A DNA stretch of 64,000 bases from positions 53,568,001 through 53,632,000 of the forward strand of contig OX597823.1 in assembly GCA_951406725.2 (NCBI GenBank). Direction: 5' to 3'. This document shows, one piece after another, positions 1-12,028 of this stretch. Position numbers and translations under genes: made by a program. Each line of letters starts with the position of its first letter. The first letter of the stretch is position 1. This stretch comes from Octopus vulgaris. Taxonomy: Eukaryota. The notes beneath the pieces are model-generated. The model searched no databases. It saw only the letters and a list, made by a program, of their open reading frames with translations, and was not told where the DNA came from.

Positions 1-24
1 CACACTCTATATTTCCCTTTATTT

Positions 25-110
25 CTATCTATCTCTCTCTCTCTTTTCTCTCTCCCTCTCTTTCCTCTTATCACCTTTTCTATTTTCCTCTCTTAACATG
101 AGTTTTGCTT

Positions 111-142
<32 letters not shown>

Positions 143-143
143 G

Positions 144-174
<31 letters not shown>

Positions 175-780
175 CTTAATATACTTAATTATCCAGCCTT
201 CTCCTCCCACTACCTCACACACACACACACATACATTCCCTTTCATCATCACCTCTCACTTATCCTTACACTCTCTCACATCACTTCTTTCTTTCTTCCT
301 TACACACCCCTTTCCACCTTTCTCCCTCCCTCTCTCTCTCTCTCTCTCGCTCCCTCTCACTTTCACACATTACAATATTGTATCAGTCACATTCTGTTTT
401 ATCGTTTTCTCCCTCTCTCTGCCTCTCTCACGCTCTCTCTCTCTCTCTCTGTCTTCTTTTCTCTCTACCTCTCTATATTTCTTTTGATCTCTAACTATTC
501 CTCCTCTGTCTCACCCTTTCCTTCTCTTTCACGTAATACTTAATTTTATATAACTCACTCTGATCTCTCATGTATTTGTTGTCTTTATTTCTTCCTCAAA
601 CATTCTCTGCCCCCTTTCTCTCTCTCTCTCTTTTCTCTCTCTATTTATCTGTCTTTCTATCTATCTCTCTATCTGTCTGTCTATCTATCTGTCTCTCAAT
701 CTGTATCTATCTTCACATTTCTATCCATTTCACTCTATCATTCCCTTACTAACCTTGCTTCCCTCTTTCACTGTTTGCTC
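25..780. repeat. (CT)n-rich polypyrimidine low-complexity tract
   Basis: Dense CT/TC dinucleotide runs; the SLSLSL and ERERER ORFs are translations of this repeat. Confidence 0.9.
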
Positions 781-782
781 TT

Positions 783-796
783 CTATCAGCCCGTAA

Positions 797-855
<59 letters not shown>

Positions 856-866
856 AGCCTGTAAAT

Positions 867-929
<63 letters not shown>

Positions 930-1049
930 ACTATCTATCTATCTATCAGTCTGTAAATTTATCTATCTATCTATTCTATTCTACTTTATCTACTTTGCTA
1001 TGTCTGTCTGTATGTATGTCTATCTATTTATTCATCTATCTACGCTTGC

Positions 1050-1105
<56 letters not shown>
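783..1105. repeat. (TCTA)n microsatellite with a 12-bp motif interspersed three times
   Basis: TCTA runs separated by cagcccgtaaat (787), cagcctgtaaat (855) and cagtctgtaaat (947). Confidence 0.9.
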
Positions 1106-1365
1106 AATTGTCTATTAGTCTTTCTATTCATTCATCCACCTATCTATTTCATACACCATACGAACTAGACTGAGTTCTGTATTTTATTCTTTATTATTAT
1201 TATTTTTTTCCTCTCCACTTCTAACAATGGCTAAAAACAGCAGACGACAAACAACATAGAACAAAAAAGCACTGCACCAAAGAACAAAAAATAACATATA
1301 CTTCTTATTGTCAATATTTTATCAACTTTTATACTATCTCATTATATGTTTACATATGTGACTGA

Positions 1366-1371
1366 ATGTGC

Positions 1372-1408
<37 letters not shown>

Positions 1409-1571
1409 ATATATATATATGTGTGTGTGTGTATAAATAATATCATAAGATATATATATATACATATATGTGTATGTGTATACAAATGCAAATATATATA
1501 CACACATACACACACATACATATATATATATATACATTTATATACATACGTATATATATTATATCTATATC

Positions 1572-1620
<49 letters not shown>

Positions 1621-1665
1621 CTACATTTATATATATATATATATACATATGTATATATACACATG

Positions 1666-1699
<34 letters not shown>

Positions 1700-2096
1700 C
1701 ACATATACATATATACATATATATGCATATACACATATATATACATATATATATATTTATACATACATATGTATCTACATCATATATATATTATATATAT
1801 GTGTGTGTGTGTAACAAAAGAATTACGAGCACCACGGACAAAACAGATTCTTCCGATTGAAATATAACACCCTCTTAAATAACCACCAGAGTAATGTTTT
1901 AAATCTTTTAAGATTGTTGTCTCCAATCTCCGCCAGCCTCCCTTTCCTTCTCCCGGTTCTCTTTTCCACTCTATTCAAGGCTATCATCACCACCCGGCAC
2001 AACAACCAGGTTTTTGCCTCTTCCTAATATTGCTGGTGTCATATAAATCTCCAGATATTATTGCTATTGTAGTCTGTTTGTTTTATCTACTTTCTT

Positions 2097-2129
<33 letters not shown>

Positions 2130-2195
2130 GTTATTATTATTATTTTAGTTTTTGTTTTTTTTATATCTATCCCTTCCCAGCAAATGTCGATGATG

Positions 2196-2229
<34 letters not shown>

Positions 2230-2283
2230 TAATAATAATAATTATAATAAATAATAATAATAATAATAATAATTATAATAATG

Positions 2284-2330
<47 letters not shown>

Positions 2331-2484
2331 TAATAACAATAATAATAATAATAATAATAATATTAATAACAAAAGCAATTTCTTACATCCTTCACCTTAT
2401 ATATACTGTATACTCTTCATATTTTTATTTCGTTTGTTGTTGCTGTTGCTGTCACTTTTCACTATTGTAGCTTTTTATGTGTAA

Positions 2485-2518
<34 letters not shown>

Positions 2519-2710
2519 ATGTGTTAATTGGACATGCAAATATATACATAAGCACAGATATACATACATGTCCATACACACACACACATACTTACATACA
2601 TGTATCTGCATGCACACATGCGCACACATACTTACACACATATCTACACACACATAGGTGCATACACACATGCACACATACATACATACATACATACAGA
2701 TAGATAGACA
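1366..2710. repeat. compound (TG)n/(TA)n/(CA)n, (CAT)n and (AAT)n microsatellites
   Basis: Direct inspection; a short unique stretch at about 1813-2095 lies between the tracts. Confidence 0.9.
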
Positions 2711-2726
2711 GACAGACAGGCAGACA

Positions 2727-3080
2727 GACATATCACTTGCATAATCAGTAGCCGCCCAAATATGCCTGCAAGATACTACTTTCTCTCCCATGAGACATGA
2801 CATTGCCACTAAAACGGTCTACAATGCCATATGCAGGAAAGAAGGATTGTCCTGACTGTCATACCAGAGGCACAGCAGAACCATAAAGTATCCACACATT
2901 TAGAAATAAAGAATACAAATGAGACATTCCAATAAAAACAGCGACCCATTGTAAGTACACAACAGACCAGATATAGTTGTGTGAGACAGGTAGCAAAAGT
3001 TGTGTGTTGTTCTAGATATCAGCTGCCCAACAGATATGAATGTCTCTTCAAAAATTAAGGAAAAGGAGGACATCTACAGA
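2727..3080 (+). mobile_element. decayed fragment of an RLE-type non-LTR retrotransposon (R4/Dong-like), C-terminal zinc-knuckle and endonuclease region
   Basis: Manual translation across frameshifts: IISSRPNMPARYY..PMRHDIATKTVYNAI, then HNRPDIVV*DR*QKLCVVLDISCPTDMNVSSKIKEKEDIY. This matches the RHD and RPD..D..P..K.EK..Y motifs of restriction-like endonucleases. Confidence 0.75.
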
Positions 3081-4707
3081 GAATGGGTAACAAAACTACA
3101 GATTTGTTGTTACTGTTATTATTCAGGTTTACTTTGGTTTTAAACTTTTCTTTTCAAGTTTCCCAGTGTAGATTTTAAGAAAATCCACATCTTTTGACAA
3201 GAATTGATAACTAAGAAATGCCAAGAAAATTACTGTATCATGGATCTGTTACAAAAAGAAAAAAATTAGAGAACAGGCAGAAAATTATTATAGTCTCTTA
3301 TCCAATAACATTACCAACATAAAAATAATAATAAACATACATATAATTTCATAAACCTTCAGGACCAGATTTATAGGGGTGCAAAGGGGAAAAATTACCC
3401 TGGGCATAAGATATTGGTGGGGCCCTGCTATGAAGGGTATGTATCACTCAATAGAGGAAGCCCTCCCACCTCCCACCAATCAGGCACGAAGTGGATCTTT
3501 TTCAATATATAAAGGTATCTTGACTTTGTATGTATGTATGTATGTATATATGTATGTATGCATCTATGAGTGTATGTGTGTGTGTGTGTATGTGTGTGTG
3601 TGCATAAGTATGAATGTATATAAAGATAAAGAGATTGATAGAAAAATGTTATTGTCCCTAGGCCAAATTCCTTCTTTCAACTTATGACTGAGCTTGACCT
3701 TGGCTTGACCAGTAGCAATTAAAGGCACACACACATTTATTCTTCTAAACTGGTCTTATTTTATGAAGTAAATAAAGAAAACATTTGAATTTAGTTTTAA
3801 TTATAAAATTACATCTCACAACAGCTAAAAGCATTCTTTTTCAGTTTCAGAATTATTGCATATGTATTCAAATGTTTCATTAAATGGAACCTTTTTCCTT
3901 TCTTTTTTTTTTTCTTTTCATATATATTTTGTCATTCTGTCAAACACTTGGAATTGCTAATATGGAAGTGGGGCAAAATAGGTAACTGGGTCAAAAGAAT
4001 AATTTCTGATTTTTTGTTATTTTCTCTTATTTTGTACCATTACTTTGGGAGTAAAATTTGGTCAGTATAGGTTACGAAATTGGGAGTAAAAATTGGTCAG
4101 TATACTTTACATCAAGGATTCTTGACCAGGGTCAATACAAAATTTCTGGAGGTCCACAGATGAAATGCAATAAATTGGGGTCCACAATAACTTTTCAGGG
4201 GCCATGAAAAATTGTGCTTTAGACCAATAGTTTTCAATGTGGACCCTGTACAAAGGTGCATTGAGACTAAGAAACTTGTTTAAAAAACCCCTAAAATATG
4301 TTGCTAGAAATCCTGTCTTTACTAATTTATTTACTACTTTACTTTTCAAAACAAGAATAAAGAAAAAATAATATAAGTAAAACAAAGCTTGTATCTATGA
4401 AGCTGGTCTTAAAAAATTCCTATGGGAATTCCCTGGAAAGATGAAAGAAATAATACTGAGAAAATGCAATGTCAACAACAACAGCAACAAAATTATAGGA
4501 ATGCATACACACATACACACACATTAACACAGGCGCACACACATGCACACACGCACACACACATACTTGGCGCTTGTCTCAAAGAACCCCCCCCCGACCG
4601 GTTCACTGCTCCTCAGAGAATATTCATTGAAGACCATAGTACTACAAACATACTTATATATACGCATGTGTGTGTGTGTACATGTGTGTATGTATATATA
4701 TATATAT

Positions 4708-4841
4708 GTAAAAGTAAAAAAAATATACAAACTGGGACAAGAACGTGAAACATTTAGAAGACGACACAAAAAACACGGACGGGACATTCGAAGCCCTCAA
4801 TCATCAGTCAAGAACCAGATCAACTTCGCAATTTCGGCATT
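4708..4841 (-). mobile_element. short insert in a (TA)n tract, Penelope pLTR-like, with degenerate hammerhead-like motif
   Basis: Flanked by (TA)n; minus strand reads CTGATGA-ttgagggctt-CGAATGTC followed by a T-rich tail. Confidence 0.45.
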
Positions 4842-5106
4842 TATATATATATATGTATGTATATGTATATATACATATATAAATATGTGTGTGTTTTTGT
4901 ATGTATGTTTGTATACATTTATCTATTTGTCCATCTGTCTGGCTATTTATGCACACGCACACACGTCAGTATATGCATACATATATATGTGTGACTGCAT
5001 ACATATATATATATATATTTGTGTGTGTTTGTGTGTGTGTGTGTGTGTGTATGAATATGTGTATATACCTAGCAGTATATGCATATATACTGCTAAGTAT
5101 ATATTA

Positions 5107-5252
5107 GTTCAAATTCTGCCGAGGTTGAATTTGCCTTTCATACTTTCGGGGGTCGATAAATTAAGTACCAGTCGCGTACTGGGGTCGAACTACTTGACTG
5201 ACCCCCTCCCCAAAAATTTCGGGCCTTGTGCCTAGAGTAGAAAAGAATATTT
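5107..5252 (+). mobile_element. SINE family A (tRNA-derived, Meta-domain-like core), 5'-truncated
   Basis: B-box gttcaaattc plus core gcctttcatactttcgggggtcgataaattaagtaccag, shared with more than 10 copies in the window. Confidence 0.85.
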
Positions 5253-5384
5253 TTCTCCCCATAAACACATTTAGTGGAATGATGATGCACTCAAGGATGG
5301 AATTTGAGCCAAAAATTTGGACTGTCCATATATTAAACTCTGATTTAAAAAAAATACAACAAATAGTAGAAGTGAAAGAAGGAG

Positions 5385-5775
5385 GTGGTCGTGGCTTTTA
5401 TTTTATAGAATTTTCAGATATTTTTGTGAATTTGTTTTCTCTGCACTGGAATTCATACGCTTATGGCAAAAAAATTCTAATATTTTAAAACCCCATAAAT
5501 CCTAAAATTTCCCACTTCTTTTCAAATTTTTTTAAAAATTAGAGTTTAAAATACAAACACTCAGAACTTTATGCTTAAATTCCAGTCAATACATCATAGT
5601 GACAAAGAAATGAGGAAAGTATCTGGTTTGTTATGCGATATGCTAAAAACAACGGCTAAATTGCTTAAATCTCATGCAAAAATTTTATTTGCATAATCTT
5701 TTGAATTTCCATGTGTAGGAGACAAATTCGTAAAAATTTTCTGAAAATTCCAAAAGATAGAAAAGTTACGAGGTG
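5385..5775. mobile_element. foldback/MITE with ~90-bp degenerate inverted arms
   Basis: gaattttcagatatttttgtgaatttg (~5408) is the inverse of caaattcgtaaaaattttctgaaaattc (~5723); arms approx. 5385-5480 and 5680-5775. Confidence 0.65.
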
Positions 5776-5821
5776 TTATATGGAGTGCTTAAACCAAAAT
5801 TCTATCCCTACCCCCGACTAA

Positions 5822-7489
5822 GAAGAAATGCCGACAGTATTCCATTGAATAGCTGTTTTACGGCTTATTCTGTCACTACAGAATGAAGCAAAACCAATGT
5901 GTCTCATATGTATGGACGTACTAATTCATTCAGGCTCAAAGACAAGTAAAACAATGCAATAGAATATTTTAGAAAACTACGCAATGAATTTCAAGCAAGA
6001 AAAATGCTAAATCAGTTATTTAGTAATCAATTATGTAAAAATAATAATGGTTGGCTGGCATCCTATGAAATTTCTAAAATTATAGCAAAAGTTTGGGAAA
6101 CCCCATAATATTGGAGAAACTGTAATTTTGCCAGCGGTATCTGTCATAATTTCATCATTTATGAAACAAAATGCTAATGAAATTACTTGTAAGATTCCTT
6201 TAAGCAACTCATCAGTGTCACCGTGCATTGATGAAATGGCTAAGATGTAGAAAAGCAACTAGAAGCCAAATAACAAGTACAGAAATTCCCTCTTCAACCT
6301 GATGAATCTACCCTGAGAGATTGTAAAGCTATTTTATTGGCATATGATCGTTTTTTGGGTGGTAATGAATCCAGAGAGGAAATGCTTTTTGCCAGACGTC
6401 TTAAAACAAACACTAAAGGCGAAACGATTTTCAAAGACGTTGTAACTTATTTCGAGGAACATAATACTCTCCTCAGAAATATAATAGCTTATGTTAATGA
6501 CAGCGCTCCGTCCATGATTATCAGCTACAGAAGTTTTATTGCCTATTTAACAAATTCTGTATTTTGTATACACTATGTAATAACACCAGCAACACTTTAC
6601 TTGCAAAACAATTAAGTGCACATCTGCCCTTAATATTGTAATATTATTTACAAAACCGCATCTTTCGTGAATTCTGTAATCAAAATGAAGAGTTTGAACG
6701 CTTTGTAATTCACACAGAGATGAGATGGTTATCAAAAGGTCTGTGTCAGGTTTTGGGGGGTTTGGTTGGGGGGGGGGCACTTTGGTGCACTATTGTCTCA
6801 TTTCTGGTTAACAACTATCTCAGCCAACAAATGGTTGCAGCTAAATGTGATATATTTTATTTATCATATATATTTGATAAAATTCTTTGACTAACAAACA
6901 GCTTCAAGGAGAAAACTCTGATCTCCAAAGGAACGATTACTGCTTTTCTAAGGAAAGTACAACTCTAGAAAATAAATATTGTATGTTGTGTGTTATTACA
7001 ATTTTCTAGTTTGGAATCAATTAATAGTAATCTGCACGATGATGACACTGAACATTTGAAAAACTTGCCATAATGATATGCAAGCTCAGTTTAACGACAT
7101 GCTGAAGTTAAATATACCACGTTGGATGACATTTCTTTTTGAAGTAAATGTTACTGATGTAGATACCTGTTTGCAAGAGAATCTCATTGAATTGCAGAGT
7201 GGTGAAATATTTCAGGCAAGATTTAAAGATGAAGAACATAATGCATGGAAAAGAAATGACAGTGCTACAAAGTATCCACTATTCTGGTGGGGAAGCGCAG
7301 TTGGACTTTACTGCTTTTCTTTTATCTTACCTTGTTGAATCTGGTTTCGGCCATGTCACTAACTTACTGTCAAAAGCCCGTAATCGAATCGACATTGTAG
7401 AAAGAGATGATCTTCAATTATCATTGACAACGTTGGAGTAGAATATTTTAAAACTAGCAGAACAGTGCAAACCGCCAGACTTGCATTAA
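5822..7489 (+). pseudogene. hAT (Buster, ZBED5/SCAND3-like) transposase pseudogene
   Basis: Motifs across frameshifts and stops: KKCRQYS..PMCLIC (BED finger start), KPHNIGETVILPA, LQPDEST, DSAPSM, CIHYVI, HTEMRWLSKG, SYLVESGF, KARNRIDIVERDDLQLSLT. Confidence 0.9.
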
Positions 7490-9689
7490 AGAAATTAACA
7501 CTAAAGTACTATCTTATTTTAATAAATATATATCTGTATATTTATGACTCATTTTACTTGTGAACATTGATTTTCCGTAGAATTTAGTAGTTAAGAAATT
7601 GGTAAAGGGTCTATAGTACACAAGATATTTTAACAATTTTTATACAAGTTCTAACAATATTTAATTATAAAAATACAATAGGATTTTTTAAACATCGAAT
7701 GAGTAGGGGATCCACAGGAGCAAAATAGGAATCAAAGGGGTCCACAGGTAAAAAGAAAGATTGAGAACCCCTGGTTGACATATTTGTTGTTGAAGTTGAG
7801 AGAGTTTGAGACATAGGTGACAGGTACTATTTTCAAGAAATTTTTCCTCAGAGTTTATGTGTATGGCACTTTCTTCAAATTTAATTCTGGAGAACTGAAA
7901 GGGCATATTTACCTTGTCTCGTCTTGCCCATTTTGCCCCGGGCTAAATTTGCCTTTTATATGCTCAAAGAGAACTGATAATTTTCTGAAATAGTGTTCTG
8001 AATATGTTATAGGTTTTACTGCGTTCAGAGAAGGTCTTTACTTCGCTGATATAATTTTGGCAAGGTGGTGAACATTTATAAAAAATATATTTTCTTCAAA
8101 GTCAAAAATGCCGTAAATATTACTTATTGTGCCCCACCTACTCTTACTGGAAAAGTAGACTTTCGGAATTAGCTATTTGAATTTCCCCGTTTTTGTCGAG
8201 GTATCCCCAGTTGTTTTTTTTTTTCCCGCATTGCAAAAACAATGAAGGGAAACAGTTTAAAAAAAAAAAGGATTTTTTAAAACCATGTCTTAAATGTTGG
8301 TATCTCCACCCTCTCTCTCTCCCTTTTCTCTTTCTCTCACACACAAATACACACACACACATTCATGCCTTTGGAACAGCAACAACCACAAAATTTTTTT
8401 TTCTTTTTTCGTAATTTTCTATCATTTTAACTTATTCTTCATTCTGAAACATATGTAACTCACACTAAAAGTTTTAAAAAATCTTACCCCACTCTTCCCT
8501 CCGTCATTGTATTTTTCACAAAGAAAGAAAAGTCAAATACCGCAAGTGGATGTGTGAAAAACGAAATTTGAATTTTGAAAAAGTGTATCTATAAAGCGAC
8601 ATTTTCAGTCATTTATTTAAACTTTCTCTCCTAACTCATCAAATTCAATTATTCGAAATAGATGGGTTTTGAGATTTAAATTTTGTAATTTTCTAAGATT
8701 TTAATTCTTGTGTATAAGGGACCCATCGAATTTGAAGTGCCCCACACCCTGGTTTAAATCCGGTCCTGCTTCTGATAATCTCAATAAAATGACAACGTAG
8801 AATATTTAGCTTTCATGTGTACCATACACTACATTTAATGATCACAAACCCAATTTTCTTGAAATCCTAAATGCAAGTTAATCAACCCTGCCAAAACAAA
8901 GTTATATATAGTTAATAAGCGCATACTATATTATATTATATATAGAATTTATAAGAAATCCAGTTATTTTCTCATTAGAGAAAAACAGTATATCTGTAAT
9001 AGAATGGCTCGCAAATTCAAGCAATTTGATATTATAGAATTCTATCAATCTATCTCTAAACTCCTTTTACAAAGCCTTAGCTTTCGACAACATCGCAACA
9101 GTTAAGATCATTATGCAGAGACAATTACCGTTAAGAGAACAACTGCATGTTGTAATGCAGTGTCAAGTAAAGTATGTGTGGGCATGTGTGTACATATGAA
9201 TACATGCGTGTGTGTATATATATATATATATACATCCATTGTACAACTTTGTTCCGAGTAGTCATTTGTTAAAAGTAACTGAATTTGTTGTTCTTACCGT
9301 ACCTGTAAAGATAAAGTAAGCATTGGGAATGAAAAAAAAACAAATTTTACAGTTTCTGGATCGTGGTGAAAAGGCTTCAGAGATTGCCCACTAATACGAC
9401 ATTTTATCGATTGGCTAACAAACAAAACTCATTTTTTTAATTGTAGTTATTGTTCACTGTGGCTATTTATTTACGATGTGATCAATTATCCTAAGAATCA
9501 GTCATATGAACAAAATATTCCCTGTTGGTTTAGTTCAGATAATTAGGGTTCAATAGAACCTTATTAATTAATTCATTGGCGAGTATATTAAGTAAAAAAA
9601 AAAATTAATTTTCACAATATTTACTGTTGATGCTGAATTCGAAAAGGAATTTTCAATCAATTCCAAAAGATTGTTTAAAGTAATGAGTG

Positions 9690-9985
9690 GTGGTCTTTTG
9701 TGGTCCGAGAAAGACGGTTCAACAATTTCTTGCTGAACAACCTGTACAAATGATTTGTTTATAGTGATCGAATGTACGTGCTGTACATTAGTTCACATCC
9801 TCCATAAAATCAACGTTGCCTAAATAGATGCACGATGTACCGTACGTCAGGTGTCGAAGGGATCGCGAAGCAGCATGAGACGATGTGTTTTACTGAAGTA
9901 CACAATGCACCACTCGGTCCAGGAATTGAAACCATGCTTTCGAGATCGAAAGTGCAATACCTGAACCAGTAGATATGCGCCTTCG
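9690..9985 (-). mobile_element. tRNA-derived SINE family D (V-SINE-like head), decayed
   Basis: Minus strand has an A/B-box-like head and ttgtgtacttcagtaaaacac, similar to the heads at 28445 and 37737. Confidence 0.6.
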
Positions 9986-10016
9986 TCGAATAATGTAATA
10001 ATTATACCATAACAGA

Positions 10017-10215
10017 AAGCGGCGAGCGGGCAGAATCGTTACCTCGTTGGGCAAAAAAGCTTAGTGGCATTCTGTCCGTCTTTACGTTCTGGGTTCTTGC
10101 CTTTCATCCATTCTAGGTCGATAAAATAAGTACCAGTTGAATACTGGGATTGATCTAATCGACTTATCCCGACTCCCAAAATTGCTGGCCTTGTGCCAAA
10201 ACTTGGAACCAATTA
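10017..10215 (+). mobile_element. SINE family A
   Basis: ggcgagcgggcagaatcgtt head, core gtcgataaaataagtaccag, tail gccttgtgccaaaacttggaacc. Confidence 0.85.
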
Positions 10216-10419
10216 TAACCATAACAAGCAAAATATAATTCACATTGGACGCCAATATGTCTCGTTTTTGTTGAAAGTCATGCATAATCGTGAACATATG
10301 TGTATATATTTTATGTCATCAGTTGATACAATTTTGGCTTCATTCATCGATGTATTTTCCCACAATACCTAAGGTTTCATGTCAGTTTTTTTCAGCGTAT
10401 GTTACAAGTGGTAATAATC

Positions 10420-10697
10420 CATCCATCTTCGCTCACTATCCCTTGGAGTAACTGTCATGGTTGGATTCCCAAACATGACCAACTGAGACTATGGATATTA
10501 TGCAACCATTTCATTCTTGGCCTACCCCTAGGTCTCCTGCCGGATGGCTCGGCTTGGAGAATCCGTCATGCGATTCTTTTCGGTAACATTCTAGTCAAAA
10601 CGTTCGTAGTACCGAAGCTGTGACCTTTCAATGCGGAGAAGTAGCGGCTAAGCCTGTAAAGACAACCGGATCTCCGAACTACCTACCCTATCGTAAA
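10420..10697 (-). mobile_element. RTE-clade LINE ORF2 C-terminal fragment
   Basis: Minus-strand translation PLLLRIERSQLRYY..TRML..RILQAEPSGRRPRGRPRMKW, the typical RTE GxRxRGRP..W motif. Confidence 0.8.
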
Positions 10698-11297
10698 AAT
10701 TACAATTTGAAGCAAGTAATTTATTTTTATGTTTTAACAAGAATATAAAAAAGAAAGAGAAAAGAAACCAGTGTAATTATATTTTCAGAAATCCATTTTA
10801 TCTTCCGTTTTGAGTGTTTTCTTTCTTTTTGGTTGGTTTGTTATAATATTTCTTCGAAACTACTATGGAAACACACTAGATATTCTAGATGCGTTATGGA
10901 AAATGATATTAAATAAACACTCTATACTGTATCAGTTGGTAGGCAAAATATAAATAGTGTATCTTTCTCTTTATATCCACAGTTTAAGTAATCATAAGTA
11001 TTTAATTTCATGAATCGATATAAATAACAGTAGCGAAAATTTCTGTATTTTTCGGGAGATGTTGTCTATTTCTGATAGTTCTACTAGTTTAAATAGAACC
11101 AGAAGGAGAAAATATGTACGTTATATTTTCGACTGGGAAGAAAGCTAGACAGTGATAAAGGGAATCGAAGTGTGAGAGAGAAAGCGAGAAAGAAAAAACT
11201 GTTGGAGAATTTTTTTTTAAGTGAGGATGGGAAGGACGACAAACATCTGTGACACGTAATATGATTGAGAAAGACATACGTTGTAAGTTTGCCTTAC

Positions 11298-11334
<37 letters not shown>

Positions 11335-11336
<2 letters not shown>

Positions 11337-11600
11337 GGGGGGCCGGTTTATGGGGTAAACCTGGGTTTAGCCTTACGGCGCATCTTCAAACCCTCAAAAC
11401 TGCTAGCCTAAGACCTCTTCCGTTCTATATTTTTATCCGAGATCAAATCGTTCCATATTTAAGAAAACAGATTTCCCGCTCCACTCCATATTTTGAAGAG
11501 GTCTTAGGCCAGCAGTTTTTGGGGTCTGAAGATACGTCGTAGAGCTACAAACCCCTGATGAGCGAGAAACCCATGGTAGCCCCATAAACCGGCCCCCATA
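11335..11600. mobile_element. inverted-repeat element near (TA)n tracts (MITE or inverted Penelope pLTR pair)
   Basis: atggggggccggtttatgggg ... ccccataaaccggcccccata; arms ~85-105 bp; right arm contains CTGATGAgcgaGAAACccatgGTA. Confidence 0.7.
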
Positions 11601-11652
11601 TACTCTACATCTTAGAGTGTACTTCTCCCCGGATTTATGTATTTCTACGAAC

Positions 11653-11697
<45 letters not shown>

Positions 11698-11699
<2 letters not shown>

Positions 11700-11990
11700 T
11701 CCAAAATAAGACGAAACAAAAAGATGAGGTAAAAGAAAGAGCAAAATACAAGCTGTACTAGGTTTACGTTCATGGAAAATGGAAGTTATCTTCAACGTTT
11801 CGGACCACCACTATCTCCTTTGACATCTCTTTCGTGAAGATCACTTTCGTCCTGATATTACTTTTCACTATTGTTTCTTCATTTATCTTCCGTGACATTC
11901 TTGTTCCGCAACTATATTCCCCTTGAATCTCTTCCCACTTTGTACACAAACCTAGCATAATCTACCCTTTAATCAGAGTGAAAATACTTT
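11698..11990 (-). mobile_element. Penelope pLTR-like fragment abutting (TA)n, with hammerhead-like relic
   Basis: Minus strand: atcttc ... ccGAAACGTTgaagat, with the flanks able to pair as helix I, then a T-rich tail ending in (TA)n. Confidence 0.45.
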
Positions 11991-12028
11991 TGCTATCAGC
12001 AGAATAATCTCTTTTTGAAAAAATGTTT

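Larger units (their letters stand above)
4113..7773 (+). mobile_element. Buster/Charlie-type hAT DNA transposon, decayed, with secondary insertions
   Basis: Right TIR ttgagaacccctg ends at 7773; degenerate left TIR caaggattcttgacc at 4113; subterminal ggtccac motifs at both ends; 8-bp flanks ctttacat and gttgacat match 6/8 and the left one fits nnnTAnnn; transposase relic inside. Confidence 0.75.
3963..8143. mobile_element. possible pogo/Tc1-type non-autonomous element (TIR pair) split by the Buster insertion
   Basis: ggaagtggggcaaaataggtaac (~3964) is the inverse of ttacttattgtgccccacctac (~8120-8141); internal TIR-like copy cccattttgccccg at ~7927; TA dinucleotides near both ends. Confidence 0.5.
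3360..8768. mobile_element. possible outer hAT-like element defined only by a TIR pair
   Basis: caggaccagatttata at 3360 and ttaaatccggtcctg ending at 8768 are inverted copies; no matching 8-bp TSD seen. Confidence 0.4.

Noticed and set aside
5822-7489. Domesticated ZBED5/SCAND3-like host gene
   Set aside because: It has multiple stops and frameshifts and retains its TIRs, so it is a dead transposon.
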